The notes under the pieces: model-generated
What the model saw: only the letters and a program-made list of their open reading frames with translations
The model's database searches: none
What the model was told of the DNA's origin: nothing
Program-made: the position numbers and the translations under genes
In this document: piece after piece, positions 18,949 to 26,232 of the stretch
Layout: every line of letters starts with the position of its first letter
Numbering within the stretch: the first letter of the stretch is position 1
IMG/VR virus record: IMGVR_UViG_3300045988_133551
Span: 1-50,263 of that record
From: a virus
Length of the DNA: 50,263 nt
Direction: 5' to 3' (one strand)

Positions 18949-18977
18949 TGGGTGGGGCATAATCCCCACCCATTTTT
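18949..18977 (+). terminator. Rho-independent terminator
   Basis: tgggtgggg-cataat-ccccaccca, a perfect 9-bp stem, followed by ttttt. Confidence 0.85.
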
Positions 18978-19016
18978 CCACCCGTTTTGGTTCCGGATGC
19001 GTTTTTGCCATGTACG

Positions 19017-19052
19017 GTATAGCCATATTTTGCGGGCAAAATATGGCTATAC
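19017..19052. repeat. Perfect 17-bp inverted repeat (2-nt spacer) in the attP region
   Basis: gtatagccatattttgc gg gcaaaatatggctatac. Confidence 0.9.
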
Positions 19053-19083
19053 TTATAGCAAGGTGCACTATATTTGATAAATG

Positions 19084-19113
19084 GGGCGGGTTCAAGTCCC
19101 GTCGACCGCACCA
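19084..19113 (+). other. Putative attP core: 3' portion of a tRNA gene (T-arm + acceptor + CCA)
   Basis: gggcgggttcaagtcccgtcgaccgcacca contains GGTTCAAGTCC (T-loop) and ends in CCA. The matching 5' acceptor strand is absent upstream. The integrase gene is adjacent. Confidence 0.65.
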
Positions 19114-19116
19114 GCG

Positions 19117-19160
19117 AAACCACCGAGAAACAGGGACTTTCTCGGTGGTTTATTTTTTTC
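19117..19160. terminator. Strong hairpin terminator overlapping the integrase stop
   Basis: aaaccaccgagaaa-cagggac-tttctcggtggttt, a 14-bp stem, followed by attttttt. Confidence 0.8.
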
Positions 19161-20283
19161 TTCCACCCACTTTTCCACCCACTTGCGGCAAAAAGCGAGA
19201 AAACGCGTCATCAACAATATTTGCCGCGCGCACCATATCGCCGTTGACGGCGTGCCCATATACGCCGGACGTATCCATATCTTCGCTGTGTCCGATCATT
19301 GATTTCAGCAGCGGCAGGGGAACGTCGTTTTGAACGACTGAGACGAACGTATGCCGTAATTCGTGCAGGCTGCATCCGAGGTCGTGCTGATTGCGGAAGG
19401 TGTCCCACATGGAGTACAGATGGGAGCTGTTCAGCATCTCGCCGTGCTCGTCCGGAAAAACCCACGGAGAAATGATCGACATCCAGATCAGCATTTCGCG
19501 CTGCGCGTCCAGCTCCACTTTCGCCGCGTCGGATAATGCAAATGACCTGCGCGCGTTATCGTTTTTTCCGGCTGTGATTTCCTGCTGCGCATTAACGCTC
19601 CGCTTGATCGTCACTACGCCGTCGACAATGTCCTCGTTTCTCAGGCCACACAATTCCCCACGGCGCAAGCCGGTTAGAACGAGGAAACGCCACGCGTGAA
19701 TGAAAAAAGAGCGCTCTATGTGGCCCCAATGTATGATCGTATCCTCTGTAAACAGTGTCTTCAGCGCAACGGGTTGTAGGATTTTCCGATTTGCCTCCGG
19801 CGCGTCCTTGGTAATGGGCAGATCGCCGCGCTCAAGCAATTCGATTTCCCAGCGCTCACGCCGGGCAAAATTGACAAATGCGGAAATCGACAGCTTGATA
19901 TTCTGCAATGATCGCCGCGACAATCCGTTTCTTTGTCCGGCGTCTATGCAGGCGCGCCACATGTTCGGCGTTATCTTAGACAGCCGCGTGTTTCCCAACT
20001 CCGGCAGCAGATATATGCGCCCCAGGTATTCGTGCTTTTTCCAGTTCGCCGTTCCGGTGCGCTGCTTCTGGTCCTCCAGAAACAGCGCCCACGCCGCATC
20101 AAAGCGCATCTCTGTCGTTCCCTTTTCCAGCCATTCGTCTGCTTTGCCCTCAGCCTCGTGTTTGCCCTTGCGGCCCTTGATGGACGACGTAAACGCCTTG
20201 CGCTTTCCGTCGAGCTGCACTTTAACCTGCCAATAGCCCTTAGACTCTATCCAGATGGCTTCGGCATGCCGTTTCACGGTCAT
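19150..20283 (-). CDS. int: Tyrosine recombinase / phage integrase
   Basis: LTGLRRGEL (Arg), HELRHTF (H-x-x-R) and GVYGH (Tyr) motifs. 377 aa, next to the tRNA-like att core. Confidence 0.92.
   Translation of the reverse strand: MTVKRHAEAIWIESKGYWQVKVQLDGKRKAFTSSIKGRKGKHEAEGKADEWLEKGTTEMRFDAAWALFLEDQKQRTGTANWKKHEYLGRIYLLPELGNTRLSKITPNMWRACIDAGQRNGLSRRSLQNIKLSISAFVNFARRERWEIELLERGDLPITKDAPEANRKILQPVALKTLFTEDTIIHWGHIERSFFIHAWRFLVLTGLRRGELCGLRNEDIVDGVVTIKRSVNAQQEITAGKNDNARRSFALSDAAKVELDAQREMLIWMSIISPWVFPDEHGEMLNSSHLYSMWDTFRNQHDLGCSLHELRHTFVSVVQNDVPLPLLKSMIGHSEDMDTSGVYGHAVNGDMVRAANIVDDAFSRFLPQVGGKVGGRKK
19161..19184. repeat. Tandem 12-mer ttccacccactt x2 (possible arm-type site; also encodes GGKVGGK at the Int C-terminus)
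   Basis: Exact tandem copies. A related motif, ttccacccgtttt, occurs at 18977..18989 on the other side of the core. Confidence 0.6.
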
Positions 20284-20307
20284 CCTATCTTTCCTCCCCC
20301 AATAGAC

Positions 20308-20616
20308 TTAATCCAAAAATGTGCAGAATCCAATCGCCCGCGGCGATCCATACTTTGCCACAAAGTCATCGTCGCCCATCCGACGGATGCAGACATAGTG
20401 CGTATTCGGCCAGGCGATGCGATCATCGGGGCCGAGGTCGTCGCTGATGGAGATGTCATCCACCGAAAACGCGTCGCCGCGGAAACCGAGATCATGGTGC
20501 AGCTTATTATAAGCCTCCGTAATCCCTACCTTCAGATCGTCAATAGTACGATATTCGCGTATGGTCTTCATTGCTTCGTCGAGAGTGCCCCGATGGTCGC
20601 GATACAAAATCTTCAT
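20308..20616 (-). CDS. Hypothetical protein translationally coupled to the DUF4041/T5orf172 gene
   Basis: 4-nt start/stop overlap with the upstream gene. 102 aa. I do not recognise the family. Confidence 0.65.
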   Translation of the reverse strand: MKILYRDHRGTLDEAMKTIREYRTIDDLKVGITEAYNKLHHDLGFRGDAFSVDDISISDDLGPDDRIAWPNTHYVCIRRMGDDDFVAKYGSPRAIGFCTFLD

Positions 20617-22052
20617 GCCAATTCCTCCTCATACTCATCGTTTCTGCTTTGACTTGCCATAGAGAGACTCTGCCTGTATTGTTCTGCCAACGCTGTTTCG
20701 CGGAATGACGCGGTTGGGTCAATCCGTTCCACAAGTTCCCGCAGCTCCCTCACGTCGACGTTGAAAAACTCTTTCCGCGGGTTGATCTTATTCACACGCT
20801 GAGAATCCAACTCCTTATGCAGCATGTTTTCCAGCCCCACTGCGTCCTCGCTGAAAATAAAGCTGTGAACGTCAAACGGGAACGGCACCGACGCGCTTCC
20901 GAGTTCGTCCACGCGCTCCTGCGGCTCCAGGCGCCGCGTCATGCCGATCTTAAATACGTTGTCGCCAAACGCGCCAATATTGCTGATGATATACACCGTG
21001 CCGGCTTTGCCGTTTTGCAGATTGACGATTTCGGCCTTCTTCTCTTCGACCTTGCTCATCAGCCCATTCATCTCATCGAGCCGCCGCTGCAGGGCCGCCA
21101 GCTCCTCGTCGTGCGCCCTGTTCATCTCGGCCACGATTCGGTCGATCTCCTGCTGATACTTCTTTTCCTCGGCCTCGACGCGCTTCTTCTCGGCTTCGAG
21201 CTGCTTGCGCTCTTCGGCCTCCTGCCGCATCTGCTCTTTGATGGCGCGCTGCTCTTCCTTGGCCTGCTCGCGCTTGACGTAGTATTCATACTCGATATCT
21301 ACGGCCTTGAGATACAGGCTTTCGATCTGGGCGATAAACCGCCTCAACGTGGGCGCAATCGTCTGATTGCCGTCTATCGCGATGGTGTAGTACTTGCTCG
21401 TCAACGTGCGAATATCCGCAATTGCCTTGTCCAGCGTGCCGAAGCGCAGCGTATACAGCACGTTTTCCAGCTCCGCCTCAAGGCCAAGCACCATCAGCCG
21501 ATACAGCGCGCGGATTGTCTTTGTCTCGTAATTGGATTCATACGCCTTGCAGACGGCGATGATCTGCTTCCGCGTCTCGCGATACTTCGCGGCAAGCGTC
21601 TTAACCGTCAGGCAGTTCAAGTCCTTCTCGGGCAAAAGCTCCTCCAAGTCATTGATTTCCGAGACGCTCTCTCCGCGAGCCGTCGCTTCCAGCGCGGCGT
21701 TGATGCTCTGCGCCAGATATTTGAGCTTTTCCGTCCGCGATATCGCCGTGGTGAGCTTGCTTTGCGCGGCGGCGTTCTCCATTGCAAGCGCGTCACGCCG
21801 TGCGGTCAGATCACGCAGCTCGTTCTGGCAATCCGCGCTCTTTCGCTCAAGCTCTTTGGTCTGGCGTTCCAGCGCCTGATAGGCCTCCGTCCGGGCCTGA
21901 CGCATCGCCTCCTGCAGCAGTGCGTCACTCTGCTTCGCCCGTGCCTCGGCCTTATCCGCAGCCTCAGTGTATTCGCAGATTTTGCATAACCCGCTCTCCT
22001 TGCTAACGCGGACAAACAGCCCGTGCCGCCCGCATTTTACGCATTTTCCCAC
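20613..22052 (-). CDS. Zinc-ribbon + coiled-coil (DUF4041-like) + T5orf172/MUG113 (GIY-YIG-like) domain protein
   Basis: N-terminal CVKCG...CKIC, a long coiled coil, and a C-terminal GTVYIISNIGAFGDNVFKIGMTRRLEPQERVDELGSASVPFPFDVH...EFF. Confidence 0.8.
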   Translation of the reverse strand: MGKCVKCGRHGLFVRVSKESGLCKICEYTEAADKAEARAKQSDALLQEAMRQARTEAYQALERQTKELERKSADCQNELRDLTARRDALAMENAAAQSKLTTAISRTEKLKYLAQSINAALEATARGESVSEINDLEELLPEKDLNCLTVKTLAAKYRETRKQIIAVCKAYESNYETKTIRALYRLMVLGLEAELENVLYTLRFGTLDKAIADIRTLTSKYYTIAIDGNQTIAPTLRRFIAQIESLYLKAVDIEYEYYVKREQAKEEQRAIKEQMRQEAEERKQLEAEKKRVEAEEKKYQQEIDRIVAEMNRAHDEELAALQRRLDEMNGLMSKVEEKKAEIVNLQNGKAGTVYIISNIGAFGDNVFKIGMTRRLEPQERVDELGSASVPFPFDVHSFIFSEDAVGLENMLHKELDSQRVNKINPRKEFFNVDVRELRELVERIDPTASFRETALAEQYRQSLSMASQSRNDEYEEELA

Positions 22053-22081
22053 GCTCTCGTCCTCCCATATCTCTGCAAATT

Positions 22082-22106
22082 AAGCGGTGACGATCCGTCA
22101 CCGCTT
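22082..22106 (-). terminator. Hairpin (weak terminator/attenuator) between the XRE-TM gene and the DUF4041 gene
   Basis: aagcggtgac-gatcc-gtcaccgctt, a perfect 10-bp stem. The U-tract on the minus strand is only short. Confidence 0.45.
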
Positions 22107-22111
22107 GAAGC

Positions 22112-22618
22112 TCATCTTATCCATCCCACCGTCGGAACCATCCAGTCGACGACAAACATCAACACGATCAGCCCCATCACGATGTACGAAACGGCCATCG
22201 CTATCCTTGCGCGCCGGCGCTCATAGGCGATGGCCTCTTCGGCGCGCTGGTGGTCCTCCGTGGCGATTCTGCCCCTGTGCTCAATTCGCTCGTCCTTTTC
22301 GTCCAGCCGTGCTTCCAGCCCGGCGATCACAGCCTTGTAAGCCTGATCCGCGTCTCCGTCGGCCTTGTGCTCGTCCGCTCTGATCCCGGCCAGCTCGTCC
22401 AGGCTGCCGCCCAGACAGACGACCAGTCTGCGGAGGATATCGTAGCTCGCGGACTCGTCGTCCAGCGCGGAGAAGTACTTCCCGATGGTTCCGATGGGCA
22501 CGCCCGATTCATCCGCGATCTGCTGCTGGGTGTATCCCCTCGCTTCCTTCAGCTGTCGTAAATACGCCGTCACCTTCTGTTCCAATGAAACACGCCTCTT
22601 TTCGACCTTCTTATTCAA
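22112..22618 (-). CDS. Membrane-anchored XRE-family HTH regulator
   Basis: GYTQQQIADESGVPIGTIGKYFS is the HTH. It is followed by a coiled coil and a C-terminal TM helix, IAMAVSYIVMGLIVLMFVVDWMV. The only available start is TTG. Confidence 0.7.
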   Translation of the reverse strand: MNKKVEKRRVSLEQKVTAYLRQLKEARGYTQQQIADESGVPIGTIGKYFSALDDESASYDILRRLVVCLGGSLDELAGIRADEHKADGDADQAYKAVIAGLEARLDEKDERIEHRGRIATEDHQRAEEAIAYERRRARIAMAVSYIVMGLIVLMFVVDWMVPTVGWIR

Positions 22619-22750
22619 TTCTTCCCGTGGGAAGAATGACTTTCCGTATAAAAAGTGCGTTCTTCTTCAATACTTCTTCTGGGCTATTGTTCTTCTCGGT
22701 GTTTCGTGCGACTATATTTATATCAGATATCATTACGGAGGGGAAATACC

Positions 22751-22972
22751 ATGACGAACGACGCAACTACTCTCAATTCCGTTGCCCGCCGGACGCGGCT
22801 CATCCATCGTCTCAACCGCAGCGGCCGTTTCATCGTTCACTTTGTTTTTCACCCGGAGCGGCCTGAGGTTTTTGAATTTGTCGGCCTGCCCAACGCGCAG
22901 GGCATACGCGTGCGCTATGTCAATCTCGCGGCCCGTGAGGGCGCGAATATGTCCGTCCTTTTGCAGCGCTGA
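22751..22972 (+). CDS. Hypothetical 73-aa protein
   Basis: ATG lies after GGAGGGGAAATACC. The upstream part of the track ORF was trimmed. Confidence 0.6.
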   Translation: MTNDATTLNSVARRTRLIHRLNRSGRFIVHFVFHPERPEVFEFVGLPNAQGIRVRYVNLAAREGANMSVLLQR

Positions 22973-23289
22973 CGCGCAGAAGCATCAGCGGCCCGGGCGG
23001 AAGAGGCTTTGGCCCCTCCCGATCCCGCAGGCCGGGGCGCGGGTCATTGCCCGCGCCAGTCGCGCCACAGCGCGATGCTCCCAGCTCACGCCCATGCGGT
23101 ATGCGTCGGCAAGCATCCTATGACCTGAGCTGTATGCATGGACTGTGCATGCATAATTTACACCTTATCGAGCGCCTCGGCCGCCGCCTGTTCGGCACGC
23201 AGCCGCGCTCCTCGATTTAAGGGCGTGGAGCCGCCCCTGCCGACGGCGCGGGGAATTTGCCCTGCGCCTGCTTTAAGCGATCCTGCGCG

Positions 23290-23760
23290 CTACTGCGCTG
23301 CGGAATCGCGTGCAGCCTCTGTTTCGGAGACCTCCGCCGCCAGCTGAGCCTCCGGCGGCTCAATGGTGACCTTGGTCGTGTCGCCGCCCTCGGCCAGCAC
23401 CTCGGTCAGGCGCTCGATGTAGCGCTCAAACATGGCCCGGCTCGCGTCGTCCAGCTCGGCGTAGACGTCCAGTATCGCCCGGAACGTGCGGCTCTCGGAG
23501 TACCTGCGGGCCACCTCGTCCAGCGTCTTAGAAGCGGTCGGAACATTCATTTCCCCCTTACCGTTTACCAGCCACTCACGACAGACGTTGAATTCGCGAC
23601 AAATCGAGTGAATTACAGTAGAAGGAACTTCTCGGAGGCCCGCTTCATATCGCGAAATCACGGTAGGGGTTGCCCCGATTCTTCGTGCAAATTGTTCCTG
23701 CGACATTTTAGGCTCTTGACTCAATCTAAGCCTCTTTATACGTTCTCCAATAGTTTGCAT
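23290..23760 (-). CDS. CI-like repressor (XRE HTH)
   Basis: MSQEQFARRIGATPTVISRYEAG is the HTH. It is transcribed divergently from the early operon, starting in an operator-rich region. Confidence 0.85.
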   Translation of the reverse strand: MQTIGERIKRLRLSQEPKMSQEQFARRIGATPTVISRYEAGLREVPSTVIHSICREFNVCREWLVNGKGEMNVPTASKTLDEVARRYSESRTFRAILDVYAELDDASRAMFERYIERLTEVLAEGGDTTKVTIEPPEAQLAAEVSETEAARDSAAQ

Positions 23761-23786
23761 TTTCTTCCTCCTATTCTCTACAACTA

Positions 23787-23815
23787 ATTATATGCGCTTT
23801 TCTTGCCAATGTCAA
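23787..23815 (-). promoter_or_regulatory. Exact consensus promoter for the repressor gene (TTGACA-17-TATAAT on the minus strand)
   Basis: Reverse complement reads ttgaca ttggcaagaaaagcgca tataat. The -35 lies inside operator O1. Confidence 0.8.
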
Positions 23816-23903
23816 GTTAAATAAATTTGCCGTTGGCAAAATTATTTTTGCCAAACCTATTGACAACTTGCCATTGGCATGATATAATAATGCCATAAGC
23901 AAG
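23802..23903. promoter_or_regulatory. Four operator-like 15-bp sites, consensus (c/t)TTGCC-N3-GGCAA(g/a)
   Basis: cttgccaatgtcaag (23802), tttgccgttggcaaa (23826), cttgccattggcatg (23867) and aatgccataagcaag (23889). Confidence 0.7.
23860..23888 (+). promoter_or_regulatory. Exact consensus early rightward promoter (TTGACA-17-TATAAT)
   Basis: ttgaca acttgccattggcatga tataat. The operator at 23867 fills the spacer. Confidence 0.8.
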
Positions 23904-23946
23904 ATAAACAAAAAACACCCACCGACATCAAAAGGAGGAACCCCCA

Positions 23947-24120
23947 ATGCGTAACTACTACATCAGCAACTCCAACATCATCTACACCGAGTACGAAAAG
24001 ACCCAGAGCGTGTGGCCGGGCTGCCGATTCGAACTGATCGGCTCCTTCCGCTCCCGCCGCGAGGCCGATGATTACTGCTTCCGGCGCGGCGTATACACCT
24101 GTGAGGGCAAGCGCATCTGA
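23947..24120 (+). CDS. Hypothetical 57-aa protein (first early gene)
   Basis: Below the track size cutoff. SD AAAGGAGGAA lies 6 nt upstream. Sequence begins MRNYYISNSNIIYTEYEKTQSVWPGCRFE... Confidence 0.6.
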   Translation: MRNYYISNSNIIYTEYEKTQSVWPGCRFELIGSFRSRREADDYCFRRGVYTCEGKRI

Positions 24121-24216
24121 CCAAGCCGAAACACCCGCGAGGGTGTCCGCCGGAACCGCCCCACCGGCGCTGACGATGGCAGGGCAAGCAATGACAGACA
24201 AAGGATGTGAAACTCG

Positions 24217-24387
24217 ATGAAGAGAAAGCCCCAGACCCCCGCTCCCAATCCCAAGGAGCGCCCGCTGACCCCCAGCGAGGCCGTGCTGGAGCATCTGGCC
24301 AAGCTGTCGGAAAACGACCAGCGCATGGTTCTGGGCTTCGCCGCCGCGCTGCGCACCCAGCAGCCGAAGCAGAGCCAGAGCGCATAA
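24217..24387 (+). CDS. Hypothetical 56-aa protein
   Basis: Below the track size cutoff. Sequence MKRKPQTPAPNPKERPLTPSEAVLEHLAKLSENDQRMVLGF... The SD is weak. Confidence 0.4.
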   Translation: MKRKPQTPAPNPKERPLTPSEAVLEHLAKLSENDQRMVLGFAAALRTQQPKQSQSA

Positions 24388-24409
24388 AAGCCTGAAAGGA
24401 GATGCCATT

Positions 24410-24631
24410 ATGGCCAAACCGTATGCCAAGCTGCGCGGGCTGATGGCAGAGAATGACGACACCCAGAGAGATCTCGCCCGGCTACTGCTGCTCAGCCCGC
24501 AGTCCATCAGCGACCGGATGTCCAATCGGGCCGATTGGAAGATCGGAGAAATGTACGCGATATTGAACCATTATCGCGTGCCCCACGCCAATCTGAATCA
24601 GGTTTTCCCCATGAACGGGAAAAACGAGTAA
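24410..24631 (+). CDS. Cro-like / small HTH regulator
   Basis: SD AAAGGAG. TQRDLARLLLLSPQSISDRMSN is HTH-like. Confidence 0.7.
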   Translation: MAKPYAKLRGLMAENDDTQRDLARLLLLSPQSISDRMSNRADWKIGEMYAILNHYRVPHANLNQVFPMNGKNE

Positions 24632-24644
24632 AGGAGACGTATCT

Positions 24645-24764
24645 ATGCTCTTTGACATCGCCCAATGGCTGGGCATCCTCTTCGGGGCCGCGTTCCTGAT
24701 CTGGGTGACGCGCCCCGGAACGCCGGTCAGACGCAAGCGTCATCCGTGGTTCGACCGGGCCTGA
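24645..24764 (+). CDS. Hypothetical 39-aa single-TM peptide
   Basis: SD AAAGGAG lies 8 nt upstream. Sequence MLFDIAQWLGILFGAAFLIWVTRPG... Confidence 0.45.
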   Translation: MLFDIAQWLGILFGAAFLIWVTRPGTPVRRKRHPWFDRA

Positions 24765-24922
24765 GCGCCCGGACATGGGAAGGCCAGTGCAGGAGCGGTC
24801 TCACCTCCCGCTTCGCCCGGTGCGGCTCCGGGACTTCTCGCCAGCAACCCTGTGGAACCCGACTGACTTACACGACTTACTTGTCCGACAGGTAAACCAA
24901 CCCATAAAAGGAGGAAAAAAGG

Positions 24923-25147
24923 ATGGCGAAAAAGCTGACGCGATGCGGCGAGCCTCTGCTGCGCGTGCGGGAAAATGTCGTCAAGGTCAACCACGCGATG
25001 GAGCGCAGAGAGTATCTGTTGCAGAGATCCCGCGAGCTGCAGCAACAGGGCCGAATGGCCGCCGCGCATCTCGCCCTCGACTATGCCAAGCGCTGCGATC
25101 AGGAGATCGAAGAGCTGAGCGCTCAGATGAATGGAGGGGAAAGCTGA
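24923..25147 (+). CDS. Hypothetical protein
   Basis: SD AAAGGAGGAAAAAAGG. 74 aa. Confidence 0.65.
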   Translation: MAKKLTRCGEPLLRVRENVVKVNHAMERREYLLQRSRELQQQGRMAAAHLALDYAKRCDQEIEELSAQMNGGES

Positions 25148-25644
25148 TGGCCGCGCTGTATGAGATCGAAGCCCGCTACGCCGACCTGCTGGCGGCGCTG
25201 GACTGCGCCGAGACCGAGGAGGAGGCCGAGGCCCTCTGGAGCCAGCTCGACGCGATGGAGGACGACGTGAAGGACAAGGCCGAGGCCTACGCCCGGATCG
25301 TCCGCAGCAAGCAGGCCGAGGCCGAGAGCTACAAGGCCGAGGCCCAGCGCCTCGCCAAGCGCCAGAAGGCCGCGGAGAACACCGCCGAGCGCCTGAAGGC
25401 GCGCCTGCTGGACTGCATGCAGCGCCTCAACCTTAAGGACGTGCAGACCAGCATCGGCAAGTGGCGAATCCAGATGAACCCGGCGAGCTGTCAGGTGCTG
25501 GACGACGCCCAGGTGCCCGAGGAATTTCACGTGAAACAGCCCGACAAGATCGACAAGACGGCGATCCTCAAGCACTGGAAATACACCGGCGAGCTGCTGC
25601 CCGGCGTGGAGATCACCCAGAGCGCGGGGCTGAGATTCCGATGA
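25147..25644 (+). CDS. Siphovirus Gp157-like protein
   Basis: LYEIEARYADLL...KAEAYARIV...RLAKRQKAAEN...IGKWRIQMNPASCQVLDDAQVPEEF...LRFR matches the Gp157 pattern. The N-terminal extension in the track was trimmed. Confidence 0.7.
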   Translation: MAALYEIEARYADLLAALDCAETEEEAEALWSQLDAMEDDVKDKAEAYARIVRSKQAEAESYKAEAQRLAKRQKAAENTAERLKARLLDCMQRLNLKDVQTSIGKWRIQMNPASCQVLDDAQVPEEFHVKQPDKIDKTAILKHWKYTGELLPGVEITQSAGLRFR

Positions 25645-26231
25645 GGGCGGCGGTAAAGGCCACGGCGCAGATCGCCGCCGCGCCCCTGCGGGCGGCCGGA
25701 AAGACCACGATGATTCTGGACGTGTTCGGCGACCGCGCCGAGGCGCTGGAGGCCCTGCGGGACACCGTGTTAGACGTGGAGCTGAAGCCCCACCGGGAGC
25801 AGCGCAGCGTCAGGGCGAACGCCCTGTGCTGGGAGCTGTGCTCCCAGATCGGCAGGAGCCTGTCGCCGCCGCTGCCCAAGGAGGAGGTCTACCGGGACGC
25901 CATCCGCGCCGTGGGCGAATACGACCAGTATTACATCCGCGAGGAGGCGCTGGAGGCGTTTCTGGCGACCCGGAAGCTGCTGGGTGTGGGCTGGTTTGCA
26001 GAGGTGGTCGGCGACGCGCCGCTGCGCGGCTATGTGGAGGTGCTGGCCTACAAGGGCAGCAGCGTCTACGACAGCCGGGCGATGGCCTCGCTCATCGACT
26101 ATCTGGTGGATCAGGCCGAGCAGATGGAGCTTACTATCGCCTACGACCTCAGACAGATCGAGCGCATCAAGGAGGACTGGGGCCGCGAGTTCGCCCGCCG
26201 GGCGGCGGCCCTCGAAAGAGGAGGAAATTGA
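25641..26231 (+). CDS. Hypothetical protein, possibly NinB/Orf-like recombination mediator
   Basis: ATGA overlap with the previous gene. KPHREQRSVRANALCWELCSQIG resembles the NinB core (weak match). Confidence 0.55.
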   Translation: MRAAVKATAQIAAAPLRAAGKTTMILDVFGDRAEALEALRDTVLDVELKPHREQRSVRANALCWELCSQIGRSLSPPLPKEEVYRDAIRAVGEYDQYYIREEALEAFLATRKLLGVGWFAEVVGDAPLRGYVEVLAYKGSSVYDSRAMASLIDYLVDQAEQMELTIAYDLRQIERIKEDWGREFARRAAALERGGN

Positions 26232-26232
26232 A

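Noticed and set aside
19036-19113. Possible complete tRNA gene ending at the CCA at 19111..19113.
   Set aside because: Only the T-arm and the 3' acceptor strand are recognisable. The sequence about 70 nt upstream does not contain the complementary 5' acceptor strand (gcggtcg) or D/anticodon arms. It was interpreted as an attP tRNA fragment.
24775-25146. Long N-terminal extension of the Gp157-like ORF (track ORF 24775..25644). Similar extensions occur at 3783..4169, 25461..25640, 32393..32572 and 36970..37056.
   Set aside because: The extensions overlap better-supported genes in other frames and are Arg/Gly/Pro-rich. Internal ATGs with strong SD sites give proteins of the expected family length.
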